Source: an uncultured Candidatus Saccharibacteria bacterium (GTDB lineage: Bacteria; Patescibacteriota; Minisyncoccia; CAIUEV01; JAHKAQ01). From it: 64,000 nt of DNA. The notes under the pieces were generated by a model. That model had not been told where the DNA came from, made no database searches, and saw only the letters and a list, made by a program, of their open reading frames with translations. The translations under genes were made by a program, and so were the position numbers. Shown here one piece after another: positions 20,447-28,037 of the stretch. The stretch lies in assembly GCA_964598205.1 (NCBI GenBank), contig CAZRBB010000003.1, forward strand, positions 17,046 through 81,045, written 5' to 3'. Numbering within the stretch: position 1 is the stretch's first letter; each line of letters starts with the position of its first letter.

Positions 20447-20665
20447 TGGGAACTTTCGTTCCTTTGTTTTTACCAAGCGTTTTTTAAGTTAGCTTCTTTT
20501 TTGTTTTTGTTTTCTTTCTTCTTTCTTCTTTTTTGTTTTTGTTTTATATTTACGCTCAGCAAAAACCTTTTAAGAAATTTTCCCAAAAGACTTTTCCCGA
20601 ACTTGTTCGTCAAATCATTGCCCCTATAGTATAACACATAAATCATAAAATATCAATCCTCTAAA

Positions 20666-21985
20666 ATGACGATGAGTATCCAGAAAATAAGCAGCTTTTT
20701 GTTTTATTGTGTTGTGTTCTTAGGGATGTATCAGTTTCGCCTCTTTTTTAGGCCAGAATTTTCTTTTGTTGGAAATTTTTTTGTTGAATATAACGGTTTT
20801 TCCATTTCTTTGGCCGAGATTGTTTTATTTGTTTTGGCATTATTGAATCATGCTTTCATATTATCAAAGATTAATCTTGTTTTGTCAAATAAATATCCCT
20901 GGCTCTTCCTTGTTCTTTTTTCTTTAAATATAGCCTGTTCAGAGAATCCAATCCTCTCTTTGTATAAATTTTTCCACCTTTCCTTGTGGTTCTGGTTCTT
21001 CTTTTTTGGAATAACTAAAATGAATACCAAAAAGAAGATGAGAATAATTATGATCGTTTTCTTTCTTTCAATATTACTGCAATCCTTTATCGGCATTGTT
21101 CAGTACGCAAATCAGGAATCCATTGGTTTTAAGTACTTGGGAGAAAGTGTTATAAACAAAGACACTCTTAGAGTAGCTAAGATAGACACTTCCAGCGGAA
21201 AAATAATAAGGGCTTATGGAACTCAACCACATCCAAATGTTCTTTCTGGTTTGCTGGGACTAGCCATTATTTTGGGGATAACCCTACTAAATACAGGGGA
21301 TTCCTCTAAATTGTTCCACGTGGAACAATTTAGAGGAATCCTTATTGTAGTTCTTTTTTTGATCACGCTGGCAATATCTTTTTCTTTTTCCAAGATTAAT
21401 TTATTAATTTTGTTTTTACTGTTATTCGGGGGATTTATTTTTTCTAAGAAAAAAATAATTATGTTTTTTTTAATCGCTCTTTTATTGGGATCAATCTTTT
21501 TGGGAATAGAAAAAACAAAAAGCCATTTTAATCCAAGCTCTAAAACATTTAAGGAAAATATCTCTTTAAGAAAAAAATATAGCGACAATGCAATAAAAAT
21601 AATAAAACAAAATCCTTTTATAGGAACAGGATTGGGTGGCTTTTGCTTAGAAGGTTCCTTTTTAAAGGAAAACTATCTAACGCCATGGTATATCCAGCCT
21701 GTTCATAATATTTATCTTTTGATTTTTAGTGAATCGGGAATCTTTATTTTTTTATTTTTTATTTTTTATTTTTTTAAAAAAATAAAATCTTTTTTTATTT
21801 TAAATTCAAATAGTAAATTATTTTTTATTAATTATTTAATTTTGTTTTTATTATTTTCTGGTATATTTGATCACTATTTATACACTTTGAGCCAAGGAAA
21901 TTTCATTTTTTCCTTTGGCTTGATCGCATTTTTTAATTTGAGCAAATTGTTCCACGTGGAACAATTTGCTCAAATTAAAAAATAA
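20666..21985 (+). CDS. O-antigen ligase family (Wzy_C) polytopic membrane protein
   Basis: About 10 TM helices; Wzy_C-like motifs RAYGTQPHPNV and GTGLGGF ... PVHNIYLLIFSESGIFIF. Contains two in-frame long palindromes (listed separately). Confidence 0.7.
   Translation: MTMSIQKISSFLFYCVVFLGMYQFRLFFRPEFSFVGNFFVEYNGFSISLAEIVLFVLALLNHAFILSKINLVLSNKYPWLFLVLFSLNIACSENPILSLYKFFHLSLWFWFFFFGITKMNTKKKMRIIMIVFFLSILLQSFIGIVQYANQESIGFKYLGESVINKDTLRVAKIDTSSGKIIRAYGTQPHPNVLSGLLGLAIILGITLLNTGDSSKLFHVEQFRGILIVVLFLITLAISFSFSKINLLILFLLLFGGFIFSKKKIIMFFLIALLLGSIFLGIEKTKSHFNPSSKTFKENISLRKKYSDNAIKIIKQNPFIGTGLGGFCLEGSFLKENYLTPWYIQPVHNIYLLIFSESGIFIFLFFIFYFFKKIKSFFILNSNSKLFFINYLILFLLFSGIFDHYLYTLSQGNFIFSFGLIAFFNLSKLFHVEQFAQIKK
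21298..21341. repeat. 44-bp perfect palindrome (core AAATTGTTCCACGTGGAACAATTT) inside the Wzy-like CDS
   Basis: GGATTCCTCTAAATTGTTCCAC|GTGGAACAATTTAGAGGAATCC checked base by base; encodes SKLFHVEQF. Confidence 0.9.
21928..21983. repeat. 56-bp perfect palindrome with the same 24-bp core, at the 3' end of the Wzy-like CDS
   Basis: ATTTTTTAATTTGAGCAAATTGTTCCAC|GTGGAACAATTTGCTCAAATTAAAAAAT checked base by base; it overlaps the stop codon and could also act as a terminator hairpin. Confidence 0.9.
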
Positions 21986-21991
21986 CCAGAT

Positions 21992-22357
21992 ATGAATCAA
22001 CGGAAAATACGAGGGAACAGAGGAGAAGACATTGCTTGTTATTATTTGACAAGAAAAGGATTTAATGTTGTTGCCAGAAACTACTCGGTTTCCTTTGGAG
22101 AAATCGACTTAATTGCAAAAAAGGGAAATCTTTTGGTTTTTGTAGAAGTAAAGTGCCGAAAACAGCAAATAAACAAGGACTCTGAAAATCCCGAATCTTC
22201 TATAAATGCTAACAAAATAAGGAAGATAAAGAAAACAGCTTCTTTTTTTATTAAGCAACAAGGATTGGATCCTGATGGAAATTATCGTTTTGATGCTATC
22301 TCTATTATAATAGGAAACAAAGTAATTTCTTTAAAACACATTCTTTATGCTTTTTAG
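21992..22357 (+). CDS. yraN: UPF0102/YraN-family endonuclease-like protein
   Basis: Typical YraN N-terminus (GNRGEDIACYYLTRKGFNVVARNYSVSFGEIDLIA ... VFVEVKCR). Confidence 0.85.
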   Translation: MNQRKIRGNRGEDIACYYLTRKGFNVVARNYSVSFGEIDLIAKKGNLLVFVEVKCRKQQINKDSENPESSINANKIRKIKKTASFFIKQQGLDPDGNYRFDAISIIIGNKVISLKHILYAF

Positions 22358-23675
22358 GTCTCAGGGAAAATTATCAAAAATTTATATTATCAGCGACACC
22401 CATATTGGAGGAGAAGGGGGATTAAACTCTTTTGAAGCAGAAAGTGAGTTGATTGCATTTTTAAAAGAGATTTCTAAGGAAAAAAAAGCTGGCGAAACCA
22501 AAGAGCTAATCCTTGCCGGCGATTTTTTAAATTTATGGGAAATAGAATCAAGGAAAGAGCTAGAAAAGTTAAAATTCATTATAAAGACCCATAAAAAAAT
22601 ATTTTCCGCCTTTAGCGAGGCAGCCAAAAAGATTACCATTACAGCCATCCCTGGAAACCACGACCAAGAACTATCTTTTGTAAAAGGCTACAAAGAAGAG
22701 CTTGAAAAATGGGGAATATCCTTGATTTGTGAAGAATTTATTGTTCGTTTCTTGGGAGGAAAGAAAATAAGAATAGAACATGGTCATCGCTTTGATCCGT
22801 TTAATAAGATAGCCGACTTTAAAAATCCAGCATCAACTTCTTATGGCTATCATATTAGTAAGAACATTTTTCTTAAAATAGCTAGAGTAGCTAAGAAAAA
22901 TAAAAAAAATAATTTTTGGTTAAAGGATTTAATTTGTTTTCAGCCAATAAATCTTGGTTTTTCGTGGTTTTTCTCTAACTATTTTTACCGAGAACTGGCC
23001 CCTCTTTTAAGATATTTCGTTTCTTTTTTTCTTGTAATGACATCTTTTTCTTTGGTTTTGCTTCTGTGGGCTATTGGAACAAGACTGGGTATTGTAGCGG
23101 TACCAAGTGTTTTTTATTTTACCCATCTCTTGGGGCCAATAAGATATTTGGCAAATTTTATTATTATTTTAAGTTTTGTTTTTATTTTTTTTCTTTTGGG
23201 CTTTTATCTTATTTTCCGCCTAACAAGAAGGGATCTTTTAAAAAATCTTAAGGATTATGGAATCACATCGACAGGAATTTGGGCGGAAAAAAGAGAGTCT
23301 AGTTACTATCAAAGAGTTAAGAGATTTCTAAACAAAAACTTGGACATTGATATTTTGGTTCTAGGACATAGCCATACTCCCAAAATTATGGAGCTTAAAA
23401 GCAGGGGAAAGATCTTTGTAGTGGCTGATTCCGGTTCTTGGCTTAAAGCCTTTCGACCTGTTAGGTCTTGGTTTCGCCTGCCAAATGTTTACTTGTCCTT
23501 TTTTGATCTTTCTTATTTAGAAATCAAAAAACAAAAAGGTAGTGTCGCAATTTTTCTTAAATTCAAGTCCAAAATGGCAAAAACTTCTTTGACTTTCTTG
23601 GAGAAATTTTCGATCATGTTTAAAAACAGGGATCAAAAAACTACAAACCAAGCCTTCTTTATTAAAAAACAATGA
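22347..23675 (+). CDS. Calcineurin-like metallophosphoesterase with a membrane-embedded insertion
   Basis: Motifs ISDTHIG, AGDFLN, GNHD and GHRFD, then about 4 TM helices, then LGHSHTP. Confidence 0.75.
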   Translation: MLFRSQGKLSKIYIISDTHIGGEGGLNSFEAESELIAFLKEISKEKKAGETKELILAGDFLNLWEIESRKELEKLKFIIKTHKKIFSAFSEAAKKITITAIPGNHDQELSFVKGYKEELEKWGISLICEEFIVRFLGGKKIRIEHGHRFDPFNKIADFKNPASTSYGYHISKNIFLKIARVAKKNKKNNFWLKDLICFQPINLGFSWFFSNYFYRELAPLLRYFVSFFLVMTSFSLVLLLWAIGTRLGIVAVPSVFYFTHLLGPIRYLANFIIILSFVFIFFLLGFYLIFRLTRRDLLKNLKDYGITSTGIWAEKRESSYYQRVKRFLNKNLDIDILVLGHSHTPKIMELKSRGKIFVVADSGSWLKAFRPVRSWFRLPNVYLSFFDLSYLEIKKQKGSVAIFLKFKSKMAKTSLTFLEKFSIMFKNRDQKTTNQAFFIKKQ

Positions 23676-25105
23676 GCATTGCCTTGCCCAAGGAGGTAAA
23701 AAAAATTGCAGAAGTATTAAGGGAAAATAAATACCAAGTATTTTTGGTTGGTGGTTGCGTAAGAGACATTCTTTTAAACAAGAAGCCCAAAGATTGGGAT
23801 TTGACTACAGAGGCTTTGCCAGAAGATATTCAGCGCCTTTTCCCAGAAAGTTTTTACACAAACAACTTTGGAACAGTGGGAATTAAAAGCGAAGATCAAA
23901 AAATAGGAATAATAGAAGTAACAACATTCAGAAAGGAAGGAGAGTATTTTGACCGACGACGCCCGAATCAAGTTTTTTTTGTTAAAAACATAGAAGAAGA
24001 TCTTGGAAGAAGAGACTTTACTATCAATGCGATGGCTCTTGATCCCTTTTTGCACAGAATCGTTGATCCTTTCTGTGGAAAAGTTGATTTAAAAAACAAA
24101 TTAATAAGAGCGGTGGGAAATCCTTCTGATAGGTTTAGGGAAGATGCCTTGCGTTTACTAAGGGGTGTTCGTTTTTCTGCTCAACTTGATTTTAAAATAG
24201 AACCATTAACTTTTAGGGCACTTAAAAAAGAAGCACAGTTAATAAAAGAAATTTCCGAAGAAAGAATTGGAGAAGAGTTTAAGAAAATAGTTCTATCTCC
24301 TAAGCCAAGTCAAGGGGTTGAGCTTTTGGAACAGGCAGGCATTCTTTGCCTTATTATTCCGGAACTAGCAGGCACTATTGGCGTAAAGCAAAACCGACAC
24401 CATGTTTACACAGTTTATGAACATCTTCTTAAGTCCCTGGAGTTTTGTCCTAGCACTAAGCTTTCTGTAAGATTAGCGGCTCTTTTCCATGACATTGCCA
24501 AACCTCAGGTAAAAAGAGGCGAGGGAGAGCTGAGTACTTTCTACAACCACGATCTTTTGGGAGCAAGGATGGTAGAAAAAGTATTGGAAAGATTAAAGTT
24601 TTCTCAAAAAATAATTAAAAAAACATCCCTTTTGGTTAAAAATCACATGTTTTACTATGAAGCGGAGACAGTGACTCCGGCCAGCGTGCGAAGATTAATT
24701 AGAAAAACAGGCAAAGAAAATATAAAGGATCTTTTGGATTTGCGAATTGCCGACAGGTTGGGAAGCGGTTGTCCTAAGGCAAAACCTTATAAGTTAAGGC
24801 ACTTGGAATATTTGGTAGAAAAAGTTTCTAATGATCCTATTAATGTTGGGATGCTAAAAATAAACGGGAACGATTTGTTTTTGGCAGGGGTGGAAAAAGG
24901 TCCTAAAATGGGAGCAATCCTTGATGTTCTTTTGTCAAGAGTCCTAGAAGATCCTCTTTTAAATAAAAAAGGAGTCCTGGCCAAGGAGGCACAAAAATTA
25001 AACAACCTTGACCTAGAAGAATTAAAAACAAAAAGCCGAGAAAAAATAAAAGAGAAAAAAATGGAGGAAGATCGGATACTAAAAGATAAACATTGGGTTA
25101 AATAA
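23672..25105 (+). CDS. cca: CCA-adding tRNA nucleotidyltransferase (PolyA_pol head plus HD domain)
   Basis: LVGGCVRD ... DWD motif of class II nucleotidyltransferases; HD motif LFHDIAKP. Confidence 0.85.
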   Translation: MSIALPKEVKKIAEVLRENKYQVFLVGGCVRDILLNKKPKDWDLTTEALPEDIQRLFPESFYTNNFGTVGIKSEDQKIGIIEVTTFRKEGEYFDRRRPNQVFFVKNIEEDLGRRDFTINAMALDPFLHRIVDPFCGKVDLKNKLIRAVGNPSDRFREDALRLLRGVRFSAQLDFKIEPLTFRALKKEAQLIKEISEERIGEEFKKIVLSPKPSQGVELLEQAGILCLIIPELAGTIGVKQNRHHVYTVYEHLLKSLEFCPSTKLSVRLAALFHDIAKPQVKRGEGELSTFYNHDLLGARMVEKVLERLKFSQKIIKKTSLLVKNHMFYYEAETVTPASVRRLIRKTGKENIKDLLDLRIADRLGSGCPKAKPYKLRHLEYLVEKVSNDPINVGMLKINGNDLFLAGVEKGPKMGAILDVLLSRVLEDPLLNKKGVLAKEAQKLNNLDLEELKTKSREKIKEKKMEEDRILKDKHWVK

Positions 25106-25160
25106 TCGGAAGTTAGTTTGCCAAAAAAAATAGAAATGTAATAATTCTTTTTGAAGAAAT

Positions 25161-25237
25161 GCGAGAGTAGTTCAGTTGGCTAGAACGTCTCCTTGCCAAG
25201 GAGAAGGTCGCGGGTTCGAATCCCGTCTCTCGCTCCA
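25161..25237 (+). tRNA. tRNA-Gly (anticodon GCC) with encoded CCA
   Basis: Acceptor GCGAGAG/CTCTCGC, anticodon stem-loop TCTCC-TTGCCAA-GGAGA, T-loop TTCGAAT, 3' TCCA. Confidence 0.85.
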
Positions 25238-25249
25238 CTTTATATAAAC

Positions 25250-26089
25250 ATGGATCAATCTCAAATAGAGGCAGTCTTAAGAGAGTTGGGAGCTGCTTCT
25301 TTAAAAAAGGAGGGGCAAAATTTTCTTGTTTCTGTATCAGTTTTAAATAAAATCATAGAAACAGCCGATCTTTCTGGATCGGATTCTGTTTTAGAAATCG
25401 GTTCTGGACTGGGAGTGCTAACAGAAGTCTTAACTGCTTCTTCCCAGAAGGTAGTTGCAATAGAAAAGGATTCTAAGTTTAGCGCTTATTTAAAAAATAA
25501 ATTCCGGCAAAAAAAGAATTTTCTTTTGCTTAATCGGGATTTTTTAAAAATCAACCTGCCTCTTTTAATTCAAAATGATTTTTTAGAAGGATATAAGGTT
25601 GTTGCTAATATTCCCTACAACATTAGTTCTTTAATTTTAAAAAGTCTGCTAGAATTGGGGAATAAGCCAAGTTTAATTGTTCTTTTGGTTCAAAGGGAAG
25701 TGGCCCAAAGAGTCTGTGCCAAGCCACCACACGCCAACCCGTTAAGTCTTTTTGTTCAAATGTCTGGAGTAGCCGAAATAGTAGAGATTGTTCCTGCGAA
25801 TTGTTTTTTCCCTGAACCAAAGGTGGCCTCCGCCATTTTAAAAATAAAGACAAAGCAGTCCTTAAAAATTTTTGCCACTAGCGAATTAGGGATTTTAAAA
25901 AAGGTGATTAAGGTTGGATTTTCTTCACCCAGGAAAACTTTGGTTAATAATTTAGTGGCTGGTTTTAAAATAGGAAAAGAAGAATTGGAAGGTGCGGGGA
26001 TTTTGCTAGAAAAGAAAAGACCGCAAGAATTATCCTTAAAAGACTGGAGGGAGTTAACAAAAAAGCTATCCAGGCTGAAACATTTCTAG
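25250..26089 (+). CDS. rsmA: 16S rRNA (adenine1518/1519-N6)-dimethyltransferase
   Basis: GQNFL motif and SAM-binding LEIGSGLGVLT. The start was moved to the ATG at 25250 because the track ORF start (25193) overlaps tRNA-Gly. Confidence 0.9.
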   Translation: MDQSQIEAVLRELGAASLKKEGQNFLVSVSVLNKIIETADLSGSDSVLEIGSGLGVLTEVLTASSQKVVAIEKDSKFSAYLKNKFRQKKNFLLLNRDFLKINLPLLIQNDFLEGYKVVANIPYNISSLILKSLLELGNKPSLIVLLVQREVAQRVCAKPPHANPLSLFVQMSGVAEIVEIVPANCFFPEPKVASAILKIKTKQSLKIFATSELGILKKVIKVGFSSPRKTLVNNLVAGFKIGKEELEGAGILLEKKRPQELSLKDWRELTKKLSRLKHF

Positions 26090-26101
26090 AAAAAGAAGAA
26101 C

Positions 26102-26473
26102 ATGGGTAATACAAAAAACAAAAAAGGAGAGAAAGAGAAGGATTATAATTCTCTTGTTTTTATAGCGGCTTTGTTGCCAGCAATTGTGGCCGATCTTTGC
26201 GACATGATTCCTGTTCCCGTTTTAGACATTGTTCTTTCTGGATATTTTAAGCTGATAGTAGCTGTGATTCTGTGGCTTGAAATGGGAGGCAAGGACAAGA
26301 AAATGGCTCAAGCCGCCTCTAAAATAGTTCTTCCCTTGGTCCTTGATAGCTTGGCCGCCTTAATTCCGATTGTCGATGTGCTTACTCCAGGAACGGTTCT
26401 TTTGGTTCTATTTTCTTGGTTCTATGCAGCTAAACCAAAAATAGTTACCGCTATTATAAAAACTAATGATTAA
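26102..26473 (+). CDS. Hypothetical small membrane protein (3 TM)
   Basis: Hydrophobic 123-aa ORF immediately upstream of a secreted propeller protein and the T4SS-like cluster. Confidence 0.4.
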   Translation: MGNTKNKKGEKEKDYNSLVFIAALLPAIVADLCDMIPVPVLDIVLSGYFKLIVAVILWLEMGGKDKKMAQAASKIVLPLVLDSLAALIPIVDVLTPGTVLLVLFSWFYAAKPKIVTAIIKTND

Positions 26474-26478
26474 AAAAT

Positions 26479-27993
26479 ATGCTTAAGCAAAAAAAACAAA
26501 AAAGCAAGAAGCAACATCCATTAAAAAGAAAACTTTATCTGCTTTATTTCCTTGTCTTAGTTGTTGTTTTGGGATTAGGGTTTAAAAATATTTCCGAAAC
26601 CACTCGTTATGCCAAAAATAAACTCTGGGAATCGGCTAAATCCGAAGAAACGGCCCAACAACAAACCAACACCGACGCTCAGATTGAGGTGGGTCAAGAG
26701 ACTTCTTCTGGAGGTTCTATTCTTCGATCTAACGATGAGTGCACTAATGGTCGAATTTTTGTGGGTACGCTTTGTAAATGCATTGGAGACAAGGTTTATG
26801 TTTCTTCCCCTGGAGTAATTATGCCACAATCGGTGGGATCGAACCTGATCGGCGATGCACCATTACCGCAAAGCGATTCTAATAAATGGCGAATGTGGTA
26901 TGGAGGAATGGATGGTGCTAGTTGGCGAATTTACCACGCTAATTCTGAAGACGCACTAACTTGGCACAAAAAAAATAACACTATCCCAGAAGATTCTGCC
27001 TTTACAGGAACAGATGGGAGAATCCCAAGATCGCCAATTCCTTATATGGATAGTACACATGTTCATGATCCTTGGGTTCTGAAAGAAAGAATGGTGACCT
27101 GTAGCGGAGAAATAGAAACAACAAAGTTTAAAATGTGGTATTCCGGCTACATTAATGATTCTGCCGAGCTGGCCGCTTGGAGAATTTTTAGGGCCGATTC
27201 AGACGATGGCTTTACCTGGACCAAACAAAGATTAAACTTAGACATAAGCGACCTAAACGGTGAATATGATTGGTGGGATCCAACTAATCCAAAAAGAGGA
27301 GATAATAGAAAAAAGATTTCGGGTTGCGTTGATGTGGTGCATGTAAGAGAGCCATCGGTAGTTTTGGATATTAACAAAATTTGCATAAAAAGACCTCCTT
27401 GCTGTGTTGAAGCAAATAGAACTTACCATATGTGGTACGCCGGAGAAGATGGCCACCCCTCTTGCAAAGAAGCTTCCCGAATTTACTACGCCTCTTCTCC
27501 TAGTGGAAACTGGTTAAGCTGGGTAAAGGCAGGCGTAGTTTTGGACATTGGTAAAAAGGGAGACGGCGACGATATTTATGTGGCCGATCCTTCGGTAATT
27601 TTAGAAAAAACCTATAATTCCACCGTTTGCGGAGATTACTGTGAAGAAAAAGACAGAACTTACCATATGTGGTACGCCGGCTATGGCGGAATGGGAAGTC
27701 CGGAAAAGGTTGCTTGGCGAATTTTTTACGCTACTTCTAAAGACGGCATTAGCTGGACAAAAAAAGGCATGGTGCTAGATATTGGCGCTATGGGAGATGG
27801 TGACTTTATAGATGTAACAGGGCCAATGGTGGTTTCCGAGAAATACCCGCCTAAAGAAAAAACACCGCCTTACCGAATGTGGTACGCCGGAAATAACGGT
27901 TCTACTTGGATTATTTATGAAGCAAAATCACAAGACGGGACTAGTTGGGAAAAAGTAGACAATTCCTTTCCTGTTACCGGTTCCCAAAACTAA
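26479..27993 (+). CDS. Secreted BNR/Asp-box repeat beta-propeller protein (glycosidase-like)
   Basis: N-terminal TM/signal; five repeats of the form (Y/F)xMWYxG ... WRI(F/Y)xAxSxDGxxW, including S-x-D-G-x-(S/T)-W Asp-boxes. Confidence 0.55.
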   Translation: MLKQKKQKSKKQHPLKRKLYLLYFLVLVVVLGLGFKNISETTRYAKNKLWESAKSEETAQQQTNTDAQIEVGQETSSGGSILRSNDECTNGRIFVGTLCKCIGDKVYVSSPGVIMPQSVGSNLIGDAPLPQSDSNKWRMWYGGMDGASWRIYHANSEDALTWHKKNNTIPEDSAFTGTDGRIPRSPIPYMDSTHVHDPWVLKERMVTCSGEIETTKFKMWYSGYINDSAELAAWRIFRADSDDGFTWTKQRLNLDISDLNGEYDWWDPTNPKRGDNRKKISGCVDVVHVREPSVVLDINKICIKRPPCCVEANRTYHMWYAGEDGHPSCKEASRIYYASSPSGNWLSWVKAGVVLDIGKKGDGDDIYVADPSVILEKTYNSTVCGDYCEEKDRTYHMWYAGYGGMGSPEKVAWRIFYATSKDGISWTKKGMVLDIGAMGDGDFIDVTGPMVVSEKYPPKEKTPPYRMWYAGNNGSTWIIYEAKSQDGTSWEKVDNSFPVTGSQN

Positions 27994-28037
27994 GAACTTG
28001 TTTTATAATGCAGTCGGACTTAAGCAAAAAATAAAAA

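Noticed and set aside
20470-20560. T-rich tract with CTTTCTT and TTTTTGTTTT repeats considered as a CRISPR-like or satellite array
   Set aside because: Only two 18-nt copies, no spacer/repeat periodicity beyond that, and no cas genes. More consistent with a curved/UP-element-like promoter region. Retained only as part of the intergenic finding.
25193-25249. Extended N-terminus of the rsmA ORF (MPRRRSRVRIPSLAPLYIN ...)
   Set aside because: This stretch is the 3' half of tRNA-Gly(GCC) read as protein. The true start is the ATG at 25250 (MDQSQIEAV ...).
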